Source: Candidatus Bathyarchaeota archaeon | Lineage (GTDB): Archaea; Thermoproteota; Bathyarchaeia; 40CM-2-53-6 | Reading direction: 5' to 3' | Assembly: GCA_963733055.1 (NCBI GenBank) | Contig: CAVTBR010000001.1 | Span: forward strand, 1,508,809-1,572,808 | DNA: 64,000 nucleotides | Part shown: positions 10,006-22,473 of the stretch, in pieces | Layout: every line of letters begins with the position of its first letter | Position numbering within the stretch: position 1 is the stretch's first letter | The notes under the pieces: generated by a model | Told to the model about the DNA's origin: nothing | The model's input: the letters and a program-made list of their open reading frames with translations, nothing else | Databases searched by the model: none | Made by a program: the position numbers and the translations under genes

Positions 10006-10476
10006 TTAGATAGCGAGTGTGATGATGCCGCTAGGACCGTTGTAAACGAGAATGACGCTGCTCAATGCGTCACGACCAATCAGGGCGATGATTCCTTGGG
10101 CCTGAAGCACGCTGCCAATCGCTTGTTGAACGGTGAGTTCCGGAAGACTCGAACCAGGAAAACCGAACCTAACCGGGTACTGATTTTGAAGAGCTGAACC
10201 GGATGGCGTGTGAACCTCGATGAGGCCTACCGGCTGAACTTCCAACGAAGTGATTATGGAATTATCAACGGCTGAGATTGAAGCACCTGTATCGATAAGA
10301 GCCCGCCCACTAACCGGTTTGGGAATAGGTTTCCGTTGCTTAACCAGCAGGTCCTCGAATGCTTTGGGAACCCGGACTTCGACATCTAGCCATGGCCCCT
10401 CTAGCATGAGTGGGTCCGAATCGATTATTTGGCCTGTAGGTTGTTGCAGAAGATAGAAGCGGTTACAGACTGGCAT
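10006..10476 (-). CDS. Clan AA retropepsin-like aspartyl protease
   Basis: ALIDTGAS and LIGRD motifs. Confidence 0.85.
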   Translation of the reverse strand: MPVCNRFYLLQQPTGQIIDSDPLMLEGPWLDVEVRVPKAFEDLLVKQRKPIPKPVSGRALIDTGASISAVDNSIITSLEVQPVGLIEVHTPSGSALQNQYPVRFGFPGSSLPELTVQQAIGSVLQAQGIIALIGRDALSSVILVYNGPSGIITLAI

Positions 10477-10714
10477 GCAAGATACCCAAGCTCAGCGCAG
10501 GAATCTGATGAACCTGCTCCTCTCTGAGGACTTGCTTTATGAGAAACGGCGTGTTTCCGAAACGTTGCAGGCCTGCCTCATACGCCGCTTCAGCGTTCTC
10601 GAAGCTTCCGATGAGTTCGGAGCCTTTGATGAGGACGAACTTGCCTTCATACTTTGAAAGCAGCTCCGATCGATGCTGATTGTAATACGACAGTTCATCT
10701 TCCAGGAGCGGCAT
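10463..10714 (-). CDS. DUF5678-like small protein
   Basis: ELLSKYEGKFVLIKGSELIG...AYEAG..RFG..PFLIKQV. Confidence 0.7.
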   Translation of the reverse strand: MPLLEDELSYYNQHRSELLSKYEGKFVLIKGSELIGSFENAEAAYEAGLQRFGNTPFLIKQVLREEQVHQIPALSLGILHASL

Positions 10715-10897
10715 TGCGATCGCATTAAAGTAGCCACATAGTTCAGTTAAGGATTCCGTTCAACACATGACAAAGAGGGCCGCGAGCCATGAGCCTCCAT
10801 AATACGGTATCAACGATTCTGACGTTGATGAGGCCAGAGAGTCTAGCTCAAGATTCCGTTATGGAAGTTTGATTGATTGTACAATTGATGTTTGGCC

Positions 10898-12553
10898 TCA
10901 GCGTAGCATGGGCATCTTGATTCCTTTCTCTCGTGCAACCTTAATCGCGGAATCGTAGCCGGCGTCGGCGTGCCTGACGACCCCTAGGCCTGGGTCGGTG
11001 GTGAGAACATGTTCCGCCCGCTTCTCGATCTCCTTACTCCCATCCAAGACGAGGCACATGCCCGCGTGAATACTATACCCTATCCCTACCCCTCCGCCGT
11101 GGTGGACTGATACCCACGTCGCACCCGCGACTGCGTTCAGTAATGCGTTTAGGATCGGCCAGTCGGCGATGGCATCTGAGCCATCCTTCATGTTCTCAGT
11201 CTCCCTCCTCGGTGAAGCCACGCTTCCAGTATCCAGATGATCTCTGCCGACCCAGATCGGGCCGGAAAGTTCCCCAGAAGCAACCATGTCGTTCACAATT
11301 TTCCCGAACCTCGCCCTCTCACCATAACCCAACCAGCAAACCCTAGCCGGCAACCCTTGAAACTTCACCTTCTCGCGCGCCTTCTCAATCCAGCGTACGA
11401 GTTCCTTGTTGTAGCCAAACTCCTTAATGATCATCTGATCGATCTTGAAGATGTCGTCTGGTTCGCCTACGAGCGAAGTCCAGCGGAAAGGCCCACGCCC
11501 TTCGCAGAACATTGGCCGAATGTATTCCGGAACGAAACCTGAGAACGCGAACGCGTCCTTCAGTCCCGTATCGAAAGCCTGCTGCCGAATATTATTCCCA
11601 TACTCGAAGGTAATCGCGCCCTTCTTCATCATTTGCACCATCGCCTTCACATGCACGACCAGGCTTTCCTTCGCCCTACGAACGTACTCCTTAGGGTTGG
11701 ATTCGCGGAGCTTGTCCGCCTCCTCCTTACTCAGGCCGGCGGGGTAGTATCGCAAAGGGTCGTGGGCTGAGGTCTGATCCGTGACGACGTCGGGTACTAG
11801 GGCGCGTTCTACGAGGGCGGGATAAACATCGGCGGCGTTACCGAAGAGACCGACGCTGAGGCTTCGCTTCGACTTGCGCGCCTCCTCCACCATCCGCAAG
11901 GCCTCGTCCAGGTCGTCGGTCGACTGCATCAGGTAGCCGTGCTTAAGCCGACGATCAATCGCGGCCCTGCTCACCTCCACAACCAAAGCGACGCCGTCGT
12001 TCATTGTTACCGCGAGTGGTTGGGCTCCGCCCATCTCACCCAACCCAGCAGTAAGAACAAGTCTGCCTTTGAGTGAGCCATCGAAATGCTTCTTGGATAC
12101 GGAGGCCAAGGTCTCGTAGGTGCCCTGGAGTATTCCCTGCGTACCGATGAAAGCCCACGAGCCCGCGGTCATTTGGCCGTACATGATGAGCCCTTTCTGT
12201 TCTAGTTCGTAGAAGTAATCCCACGTGGCCCATTTCGGGACGAGCATCGCGTTGGAGATTAGAACGCGCGGCGCCCACTCGAAGGTTTCGAAAACAGCGA
12301 CAGGTTTTCCGCTTTGTATGAGCAGCGTTTCGTTCGGATTCAGTTCAAGCAGAGACTTGGTAATTTGTTCAAAGCACTCCCAGTTACGAGCGGCTTTTCC
12401 GGTTCCCCCATAGATGATCAGGTTATCAGGATCCTTCGCCACCTCCGGATCCAAGACGCTGTGAAGCATCCTGTAAGGCCCCTCAATCTGCCAATTCTTG
12501 CAGTGTAACCTCTTACCCATCACAGCTGCGGCGGAAGGTTTGAACTTTAACAA
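10898..12553 (-). CDS. hutU: Urocanate hydratase
   Basis: [40 protein letters not shown] motifs. Confidence 0.97.
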   Translation of the reverse strand: MLKFKPSAAAVMGKRLHCKNWQIEGPYRMLHSVLDPEVAKDPDNLIIYGGTGKAARNWECFEQITKSLLELNPNETLLIQSGKPVAVFETFEWAPRVLISNAMLVPKWATWDYFYELEQKGLIMYGQMTAGSWAFIGTQGILQGTYETLASVSKKHFDGSLKGRLVLTAGLGEMGGAQPLAVTMNDGVALVVEVSRAAIDRRLKHGYLMQSTDDLDEALRMVEEARKSKRSLSVGLFGNAADVYPALVERALVPDVVTDQTSAHDPLRYYPAGLSKEEADKLRESNPKEYVRRAKESLVVHVKAMVQMMKKGAITFEYGNNIRQQAFDTGLKDAFAFSGFVPEYIRPMFCEGRGPFRWTSLVGEPDDIFKIDQMIIKEFGYNKELVRWIEKAREKVKFQGLPARVCWLGYGERARFGKIVNDMVASGELSGPIWVGRDHLDTGSVASPRRETENMKDGSDAIADWPILNALLNAVAGATWVSVHHGGGVGIGYSIHAGMCLVLDGSKEIEKRAEHVLTTDPGLGVVRHADAGYDSAIKVAREKGIKMPMLR

Positions 12554-12605
12554 AATCAGTCACTCATTCATCGTCGGTTTGTGATTTTAAGTTTCGGAAC
12601 AAAAG

Positions 12606-13877
12606 TCAAGCGAGGTGCCCATCATCCACGACAACCCTTCCATTCTTGATGACCGTCTCAACCATGTTCCCTCCCAAACGATACCCCAAGAATCGATAAT
12701 CCTTGGCATCGAGAATCGTGAGGTCTGCCCTCTTACCCGCCTCGATACTTCCGATCTCTTTCGCTTCTTGGATTGAATGCGCTGCGTTGATTGTTGCCGC
12801 GATAATTGCCTCGGCGGGTGTCATCTTCAACTTGTAGCAAGCCAACGCTATAACCAACTGCTCATCCTCAACCCAACAGCTTGGGCTCAGGTCGCTCCCA
12901 AGCGCGACGGGCACACCGTGCGCTATGAATTTCCGCGCATCCGCATACCTATCAAGCATTAGCGTTAACGGCGCGGCCGGTAGCAGTGTCGCTATGACGC
13001 CCGCTTGCTTCATCCGGTCAACCCCCAAATCCGAGGCGAACAGAAGATGATCCGCTGAAACCGCTCCCACCTCCGCGGCCAGCTCAGCGCCCCCCAACGA
13101 GTACAATTCGTCCGCGTGAACCCTCGGCATCAGCCCTAGTCGCTTACCGGCAAGAAGAAGTCGCCGTGACTCGTCAATCTCGAACACGCCTTTTTCGCAG
13201 AACACGTCACAGAAACGTGCCAAGTGCCGTTCAGATATTTTCGGCAACCAATCGGCAATGATCAGGTCGATGTAGTCATCAGCCCTCCGATCAAATTCTG
13301 GGGGTATCGCGTGTGCTCCTAGAAATGTCGGGATTAGCGTGAGAGGTCCTTCGTCGTTTAGGGAGTTTATGACTTCAAGCGATTTGATTTCGTCTTGGAG
13401 TGATAAGCCGTAGCCGCTTTTCGCTTCAATCGTCGTTGTCCCATGTACGAGCAAACTCTTGGCTCGCTCCCTGCATGTTTGAAGCAGCCCTTCCTTGCTC
13501 GCTGCGCGTGTATCGCGAACCGTTCTGAGAATTCCGCCACCCTTCGCCAGGATTTCGAGGTAGCTCGCCCCTTTGATCTTCTGCTCCAATTCTGACTCGC
13601 GAGAGCCTGCGAAAACGAAGTGAGTGTGCGCGTCTATGAAACCTGGAGTTACAACCTTGCCGGCGGCATCTATCCTCTCACTTGCCACATATTTGCTGAG
13701 CATTTCATCGGTTTTTGAGGCTGCTACGATTCTTCCATCTTGAATGGCGACGGCGCCATCACTTATGATTCCCAGCTCCTCCATCTCGGGGCCCTTGGCC
13801 GGTTGTTGGGTGAATCCTTTGGCGGTGATCAGTTGGTGAGCGTGTTCAACGATGAGGTCTACGTTGGTTTTTGACAA
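12606..13877 (-). CDS. hutI: Imidazolonepropionase
   Basis: PGFIDAHTH, EAKSGYGL, FLGAHA, DVFCE, HADEL, SADHL motifs. Confidence 0.96.
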   Translation of the reverse strand: MSKTNVDLIVEHAHQLITAKGFTQQPAKGPEMEELGIISDGAVAIQDGRIVAASKTDEMLSKYVASERIDAAGKVVTPGFIDAHTHFVFAGSRESELEQKIKGASYLEILAKGGGILRTVRDTRAASKEGLLQTCRERAKSLLVHGTTTIEAKSGYGLSLQDEIKSLEVINSLNDEGPLTLIPTFLGAHAIPPEFDRRADDYIDLIIADWLPKISERHLARFCDVFCEKGVFEIDESRRLLLAGKRLGLMPRVHADELYSLGGAELAAEVGAVSADHLLFASDLGVDRMKQAGVIATLLPAAPLTLMLDRYADARKFIAHGVPVALGSDLSPSCWVEDEQLVIALACYKLKMTPAEAIIAATINAAHSIQEAKEIGSIEAGKRADLTILDAKDYRFLGYRLGGNMVETVIKNGRVVVDDGHLA

Positions 13878-14287
13878 AGGGGACCGGTTTTCTTTTTGCG
13901 GCTTCCGCAGCTATAATATGCGCCTTCGGATGAACGGGTTGGAACGTATTCTCAATTCTTTACCGTCGGCATGCTTATATTAACGCCGAAGCCTAAGCAA
14001 TAATTTGTCAACTCGTCCGTCCGACGCGTTGGCTTCCCGCGATTACCCGGCGGCGGCGTCAACTTGACTTGTAGGGCTTTGGCCCTTGGATGACATGTTG
14101 ACCTCCAATTGCGGGAACAATGATGAAGGCCTGAACAAACTTGGGGCTGTCCTCACGGCACCCATGAAAATTTAGGTCCAAGATAGGCTTACAGTCAAAA
14201 CACTCTGCAAAATTCCAGTCCGTTCAATTTCCTTAAACGGTCGTAAATCCGAAACGAATCGTCCTAACTGCAAGGTTTAGCTTGCTA

Positions 14288-15839
<1,552 letters not shown>

Positions 15840-16020
15840 TAGAAAACTATGAGCGGACTGGAATGCAAATGAGTAACGACTGTAAGCCTAACCGAACGAT
15901 AATGCGGCTGCTGAGCTTCGCTCAGTGGCTAAGGGTGTAGTGGTCATTCGCTAGAGTGATCATGATGAACACCGTGCATAGGCCTCTAACGTTAGACGAA
16001 TGTGGGTTCCATAGTAAGTT

Positions 16021-19000
16021 CGACATGATAAGCCACCTGAAGAATGGCTTGGCTTGGGCACTGAAGAAGGGCGTGGCAAGCTGCGATATGCTCCGGGTAG
16101 CCGCATGCAGGCTTCGATCCGGAGATACCCGAATAGGACTTCCTGCCGCGGGCGATACCTGCGGCGCTCCGACAAGGAGCGGGAACCTCCCGAACGGAAG
16201 CATCCAAGTAGGGAGAGGAAGAGATACCAATTGGTATTCCCTTAGTAGCAGCGAGCGAAGAGGGAAGAGCTCAAACTGAACCTGCATAGGAAACTATGCG
16301 GGGTTGTGGGGTTATAGGGCCCGACCGCGCCCTAACCAGAGAAGTTGAAGTGGCCTGGAACGGCCCACCGAAGAGGGTGAAAGTCCCGTAGACGCAATCT
16401 GGAAGGGTTTGGGTTGGGATCCCTGAGTACTACGCCCCGGATTGGGCGTAGGAAGTTGGGAGGAAACAACTTCCAAAGCTAAACATGTCCCAAGACCGAT
16501 AGCGCACTAGTACCGCGAGGGAAAGCTGAAAAGTACCCCGGAAGGGGGGCGAAAAGAGCCTGAAATCAGGTGGTCACAGTCAGTGCACGGCCCGAAAGGG
16601 TAGATCCCCTCCGAAGGAAACTGCGGCAACGCGGCTGTACGAGGAGGGGGGACCAGGGTCGTGCGTTCCGTTTTGTACCACGGGCCGGGGAGTTCATTCT
16701 TGTGGTGAGGCTAAGAGTTTGAAGCTCGAAGCCGCAGGGAAACCAACAAGTTCGCAACGTCGCAAGACGCGAGGAACGAGATCTGAAAGGGTCTGAAATC
16801 ACAGGGATGAAACTCGAAACCGAGTGATCTAGCCTTGGGCAGGGCGAAGCCGGGCGAAAGCCCGGTGGAGGTCCGAATGGGTGATGACGTGCAACTCTCT
16901 CCAATGACCTGGGGCTAGGAGTAAAAGGCCAATCTAACTCGGTGATAGCTAGTTCCCGCCGAAATATCTCTCAGGATAGCCTGGCTGGAGGTGGCTAACG
17001 GGGTAGAGTACTGATTGAAAAACAAGGACTCGAAAGGGTCCACTTTTCATTCAAACTCCGAATCCGTTAGCGCCGTAGAAGGCTGGAGACGGATGTAGGG
17101 CGTAAGGTCCTATGTCGCGAGGGGAACAACCCAGACTAGGGTTAAGGTCCCAAAATCCTGGCTAAGTGTAGAAATAGAAAGCGGTCCTCAACCACAGACA
17201 GCTGGAAGGTAGGCTTAGAAGCAGCCATCCTCCAAGCAGTGCGTAACAGCTGACCAGCCGAGGTTGGGGGCGCTGAAAACGAACGGGGCTAAGCCAGGTA
17301 CCGTTACCCTAGAACACGGTGCATAATCGTGTTGGTAGGCGGGCGTTGTGTCTGGGCGGAAGCTGGGTTTTGAGATCCAGTGGACCGGTCACAAGTGTAG
17401 ATCCCGGTGGTAGTAACAGCCATAGAGGGGTGAGAATCCCCTCCGTCGAAGGGGCAAGGGTTCCCCGGCAATGCGTCGTCAGCCGGGGGTAAGTCGGTCC
17501 TAAGGCTACCCTTAGCCGGATAAGCCGAAAGGGAAACCGGTTAAAATTCCGGTACCACGGAGATACGTGCGGCAACGCAAGTTCATGATCTGACGTTCAG
17601 GGATAGGTCGAGTGGGGCCGTCGCCCCATTTAACCCGTTAAGACCGGGGAGTACCGTAATGGTGAGAACCGGTCGAAGCGGGGAATAGCCGCCCGTCTTA
17701 GGGTGGTTCAGCTGATTCCTCGAGCCACTGAAAAGGAGCATGAAATGGATTCTCCGTGCCCGTACCTAGATCCGACACAGGTGCCCCTAGGTGAGAAGCC
17801 TTAGACGTATCGGGTTGAACTTAGGCGAGGGAACTCGGCAAATTAGCCCCGTAACTTCGGAAAAAGGGGTGCCTGAAGTTTTGGCGCAAGCTGGAACATC
17901 AGGTCGCAGTGACTCGGGTGAAGCGACTGTTTAATAAAAACATAGGGAACCGCCAGCGCGAAAGCGTGTGAACGGTTCCTGAGTCCTGGCCAGTGGCGGT
18001 ATCTGAAATTTGGGTTCAACCAAACCAAGGACCGCTAAACGCCGGGAGTAACTCTGACTCTCTTAAGGTGAACATGGTTTGCCTTAACCCAATCCGGCCA
18101 AATGCTGGAACACCTGAGAATGTCACGCTACCCCAACAAAACCTTCAAGGAAAATAAGGAAACTTGGAGGAAGAGTTGGAGTGACAAAGCGTTGACTGCA
18201 GGCAATCAGCAGGAAAGACTGGAATGAAATATTCCAGAATCCTCAGAGACTTTACGCCGGAAATCGCAGATCAGCGATTAAGATAAAGTCCGACCCCTTC
18301 AGCGATGTAGGGAGGCTTGCAATTTGCAGGTCCGCCTCGAATTTTCTTGCGAGGTCAAATCAAAGTAACAGATGTGAGCCAAATGCCTTGTCGGGTAAGT
18401 TCCGACGTGCATGAATGGATTAACGACTTCACCGCTGTCCCCGCCTAGGGCCCGGTGAACCCACAACCTGGACGAACAGTCCAAGGTCTTCCAGCGGGGC
18501 GAGAAGTCCCCGTGGAGTTTTACTGCAACCTGTCGCTGGGATGTGATTGCGGGTACAGAGCGTAGGTGGGAGCCTTCGAAGTCAACTCTTTGGGGTTGAT
18601 GGAGGCGCCAATGTAACACCACCTATCTGCGGTCGCATCTCTAACTGTACCTTGACGTACAGAACAACGGCTGGCGGGCAGTTCGGCTGGGGCGGCACCC
18701 CCTTGAAAAAATATCAAGGGGGCCCAAAGCTTGGCTCATCCCGGACAGAAACCGGGAGTAGAGGGCAAGACCAAAAGCCAGGCTGACTGGATGCTCATCA
18801 GCAAGGCATCCAGACGCGAAAGCGGGGTCTAGCGATCATTCATGTCCCCATTGTTGGGGGCTGGATGTGACAGAAAAATTACCCCGGGAGTAATTGGCTC
18901 GTCTCCTCTGAGAGTCCCCATCGACGAGGAGGATTGGTTCTCCGCCGTCGTCCCTTCCCATCCTGGGCCCGCAGCAGGGTCCAAGGGCGCGGCTGTTCGC

Positions 19001-19370
19001 CGATTAAAGGGGAATGCGAGATGGGTTTAGACCGTCGCGAGACAGGTCGGCCTCTACCTGCTGGAAGTGCTGGTTGCCTGAGGGGAAGGCGCCCCTAGTA
19101 CGAGAGGAACGGGGTATCGCAGCCTCTAGTTTACCGGTTGTCCGACAGGGCACTGCCGGGCAGCCACGCTGTCGAGGATAAGGGCTGAAAGCATCTAAGC
19201 CCGAAGCCTCTCCCGAAAAAAGGCAGCCATTCTAACCCACGACACTCGGTAACGGGCGTCAGGGTTGGACGAGGGCTCCCAAAGAAGATGGGTTTGATGG
19301 AGCAGGCGTGTACGCACGAAGACTTCGGTCGACGTGTTTAGCGCGCTGCCCCCAATCGCTCAAGGTGTTG
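16021..19370 (+). rRNA. rrl: 23S rRNA (intron-containing; ends approximate)
   Basis: Conserved segments AGTACCGCGAGGGAAAG, GACTCTCTTAAGGT/AGCCAAATGCC and sarcin-ricin loop AGTACGAGAGGAAC. Confidence 0.97.
18070..18376 (+). ncRNA. Group I intron (307 nt, no homing endonuclease) at 23S position ~1931
   Basis: Removal restores CTTAAGGT|AGCCAAAT; P1 TTAAGGT/GCCTTAA with U-G splice pair; P AAATGCTGGAA, Q AATCAGCAGG, R CCTCAGAGACTTTA, S AAGATAAAGTCC; P3 TCCGGC/GCCGGA; terminal G. Confidence 0.93.
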
Positions 19371-19562
19371 AATTGAAAATGGAATCCACCGTCTGATAAC
19401 GCAAAACGGAGGCCTATGCACGGTGCGAACCTAACACCACACCACCACCGTGCCACAGTTACATTGACTCAGCGGAGCGTCCGCGGCTACTCCGAATCAA
19501 GATTGAGGTTGTACGCGTGGCTTAAGTACTACTATTTACCTGAGTTGTACCTGGTCACCCCA

Positions 19563-19799
19563 TTGGCAGAGGAGACGGTTCTGGTCACAAGGAAGGGCCA
19601 AGTCACGATTCCAGTTGAGCATAGAAAGAAATTCGGAATCAGGGAAGGCATGCGTGTCGCAGTCAAGGATACGGGCGATGGGATACTGATCAGACCAATT
19701 ACCCCACTCGAAGACTTGGCTGGAATTGACGCGGGGAAAATGGCCATAACCGAAATGCGCAAGAAACTTGACGCGATGAGGGCTCACGACCGGTACTGA
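19563..19799 (+). CDS. vapB: AbrB/MazE-family antitoxin
   Basis: VTRKGQVTIP..RKKFGIREG; TTG start at 19563 inferred. Confidence 0.85.
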   Translation: MAEETVLVTRKGQVTIPVEHRKKFGIREGMRVAVKDTGDGILIRPITPLEDLAGIDAGKMAITEMRKKLDAMRAHDRY

Positions 19800-19801
19800 A
19801 T

Positions 19802-20200
19802 ATGACACGAACAATCGACACACGCTTCTTTCTTACACATTACATTGCTGATACAGTTGAACTGAAAGCCAAGACCTCTCGCCGACTTGTAGAACTCCAA
19901 CGGGAAGCCGCGATAGTACCCACTATCGTCCTTCACGAGATTTACAAATTCATGCACGACAACGTCGGCAGAGACGTTGCACAGCTTCGCGTCGACTCCG
20001 TACTGAACTCAAATTTCGAAATTGTCGACCTTACTCCGAAAATTGCTATTACCTCGGCAGCGTTGAGGTGCAGGTACAGACATCTCCCAACGGCCGATTC
20101 AATAGTTGCAGCAACCAGCATAGAAACCAAATCCCGTACGGTGCTTTCCGACGACCCACATTTCGAACAAATTCACGAAGTAAGACGTGAATGGCTCTAA
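19802..20200 (+). CDS. vapC: PIN-domain toxin
   Basis: IDT..., VLHE, ADSIVAAT, LSDDPHF acidic PIN motifs; coupled to the antitoxin gene. Confidence 0.88.
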   Translation: MTRTIDTRFFLTHYIADTVELKAKTSRRLVELQREAAIVPTIVLHEIYKFMHDNVGRDVAQLRVDSVLNSNFEIVDLTPKIAITSAALRCRYRHLPTADSIVAATSIETKSRTVLSDDPHFEQIHEVRREWL

Positions 20201-20283
20201 CGCCGACCATGCGAGATAGCCTCGCGAAACAGAAGAGAGAAGAATAAAGAGTAAGACGGGCCTTTGCGGCTTGCTGTTGTGAC

Positions 20284-21543
20284 ATGCCCATAGTCACGTC
20301 TCCAATGTCTCTCATGTTGTTTGTGATTGTGCTCTCTTTCGTGGCGGCCATCATCAGTTCCAAGTTGGGGGCATCCTACACGACGGTAATAATTGCTATC
20401 GGCCTTGTCCTCTCGCTCCTCAGGCTGGAAGTCGGGTTCGGTAGCATATCCATTGACAGTAATTTGATACTGGGAATTGTTGTTCCCCCATTGATATTTG
20501 AAGCGGCTATGCGAACCCGCTTTGAAATTTTCAGAACTGTTCAGAAGACGGTCATAGGGTTAGCGATATTTGGGGTTGTGATTTCCGCCTTCGTGAGCGC
20601 GTTTGTACTCAACATCACACTAGGACTGCCTCTGGCAGTTGCACTCCTGTTCGGCGTAATAGTTTCGCCCACTGACCCAGTGACCGTGGTGAGCGTTTTG
20701 AGGAGGGTTCACGCACCAGAGAGGCTGACGGCAATTCTGGAATCGGAAGCCTACCTTAACAACGCGACACCCGTCATCTTGTTTCCGATTGCTCTTTCCT
20801 TGTCCTTCAATGCTATGCGGAGCCTAACCCAGTTCGGCTTAATCTTGCTGGGAGGAATTGCCGTCGGTCTCCTTGTCTCAGGCATCGCCGAATTGCTGCA
20901 CAGATTAGTCACAGAGCCCTTGGCTGAAACTTCCTTCACGATAGCCGTCATGTATGGGTCCTACGCTCTTGCAGAGAGTTTGGGTGTGTCGGGGTTGATG
21001 GCAGTACCAATTGCCGGCTTGTACATGGGTAATCGTACGATGCGAACCGCCATGTCTGAAGAAACCCGTTTGACTATGACAAAGTTCTGGGAGGTGGTGA
21101 CTTTTCTCGCTACGTCGTTCGCGTTTTTACTTATCGGGCTGAAGACAGACTTCAAACTGCTGGTCGCTTTCGCTCCGTTCATAATCGTGGCTTTTGTCGC
21201 TATACTCGTTGCCAGGATCGTTAGCGTCTATCCGATCCTTTGGTTGGCGCAGCTGCTCGGAGAGAAGATCCCGAATTCATGGAGGAAGCTAGTGGCCTTT
21301 GCCGGTCTGCGAGGGGCAGTCTCAGTTGCTCTGGTACTGTCGTTGCCCCTAAGCAGTTCAGGAGGCATCATAACGGCTATGGTATTCGGAGTCGCCCTCA
21401 TCTCGCTGATTATCCAGGCAGAAATCTTACAAACCTACATCAAGAATGAATCTCTAAAGTTGAGCCTAGACACCACAGTAGACGGAGCGGCACGAGAAAC
21501 CGCCCTCCCCAAGGGGAACCTGATGTCGAAATCTTCAGCTTGA
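20284..21543 (+). CDS. CPA1-family Na+/H+ antiporter
   Basis: PPLIFEAA, SPTDPV, ILESE...NN, GLRGAVS motifs. Confidence 0.9.
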   Translation: MPIVTSPMSLMLFVIVLSFVAAIISSKLGASYTTVIIAIGLVLSLLRLEVGFGSISIDSNLILGIVVPPLIFEAAMRTRFEIFRTVQKTVIGLAIFGVVISAFVSAFVLNITLGLPLAVALLFGVIVSPTDPVTVVSVLRRVHAPERLTAILESEAYLNNATPVILFPIALSLSFNAMRSLTQFGLILLGGIAVGLLVSGIAELLHRLVTEPLAETSFTIAVMYGSYALAESLGVSGLMAVPIAGLYMGNRTMRTAMSEETRLTMTKFWEVVTFLATSFAFLLIGLKTDFKLLVAFAPFIIVAFVAILVARIVSVYPILWLAQLLGEKIPNSWRKLVAFAGLRGAVSVALVLSLPLSSSGGIITAMVFGVALISLIIQAEILQTYIKNESLKLSLDTTVDGAARETALPKGNLMSKSSA

Positions 21544-21798
21544 AACTTGCTCTCTTTCGCTATCCACTTGCTTGACCATGCCCTTCGCTGTCAAGCTGTA
21601 CGTGTGAGGCGCTATGAAGTCCCTATCAAGGAGGTAGCGAATCGCGTCTTGAATCATATTGTGCGAACACTGGGCTTCGAACGTTTTGTACAGAGATGTT
21701 GCGGAAATCTCTGCCGCACCCTTGCTCTTGGCTGTTTCCCGAAATACATCTAAGATTCGTGCCGCTATCTCCTTCACAGTTGCCAAATTACTACCCAT
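21535..21798 (-). CDS. Small winged-helix-like hypothetical protein
   Basis: DAIRYLLDRDFI...YSLTAKG wing motif. Confidence 0.5.
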   Translation of the reverse strand: MGSNLATVKEIAARILDVFRETAKSKGAAEISATSLYKTFEAQCSHNMIQDAIRYLLDRDFIAPHTYSLTAKGMVKQVDSEREQVSS

Positions 21799-21832
21799 CC
21801 GAACGTTCTTTCAATAAGGAACGATCGGGTAT

Positions 21833-22400
21833 TTACGAAATTGGCTTGCCGCAGTGCGAGCAGAATTCTTCGCTCGCCTGGGCGGGAGCTCCACAATTTG
21901 AGCAGAATCGAGTTGCTGTAGCCGGGATGGTTGTTCCGGTTGCGGGAATGCTCTCTGGCGGGGTCTTCTGCTCGCCGAAGAAAGCCCGAACGTTGGGTCT
22001 GAAGAGGTAGTAAATGATTATCGCGTCAAGAGCCAATACCACGATCGCACCAACGTCGGCCTCTTGCAAGCGAGATCAGAGAAATAATGAGACCCAACGC
22101 GGCCACTACCAGCGACAGAATCCAGGCCCATCCCTTACCCGTCCACAACCCCCACGCCAATACCAACGAAACCAACCCGATGACCACAACGACGACACCA
22201 ATCAGAGATACGACTCCATTCAGGAATCGAGGAAGACCGAACAGGCCTCTACCGATGAACGCGCCGAGGACAACCAGTACAATGCCACCGAGGAAAAAGA
22301 CGACTGCCTGAAGGATGTGAAGCACAGCAAGGAGTGTAACCCCGAGAGGGCGTGTACGAGTGTTCATTTCAGAATCGGATTCGGCAGTGACTCGCGGCAT
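21833..22400 (-). pseudogene. Membrane protein with C-terminal zinc ribbon, split by a +1 frameshift near 22060
   Basis: RPLGVTLLA...WGLWTGKGWAW in one frame continues as IIIYYLFRPNVRAFF...CSNCG..CSHCG in another; may be a sequencing error. Confidence 0.65.
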
Positions 22401-22473
22401 AAATAAACATTGAACACAATCATCATGGATCAGGAAAATCGATCGGCGGTTTTATCCTCTTGCTCGATCAAAC

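Larger units (their letters stand above)
15970..19425 (+). other. 23S pre-rRNA processing stem (arms 15970-15986 and 19409-19425)
   Basis: CACCGTGCATAGGCCTC pairs perfectly with GAGGCCTATGCACGGTG. Confidence 0.8.

Noticed and set aside
15840-16020. tRNA in the 16S-23S spacer or a linked 5S rRNA
   Set aside because: The spacer holds only processing-stem arms and short hairpins; no cloverleaf, and no 5S-like sequence follows the 23S
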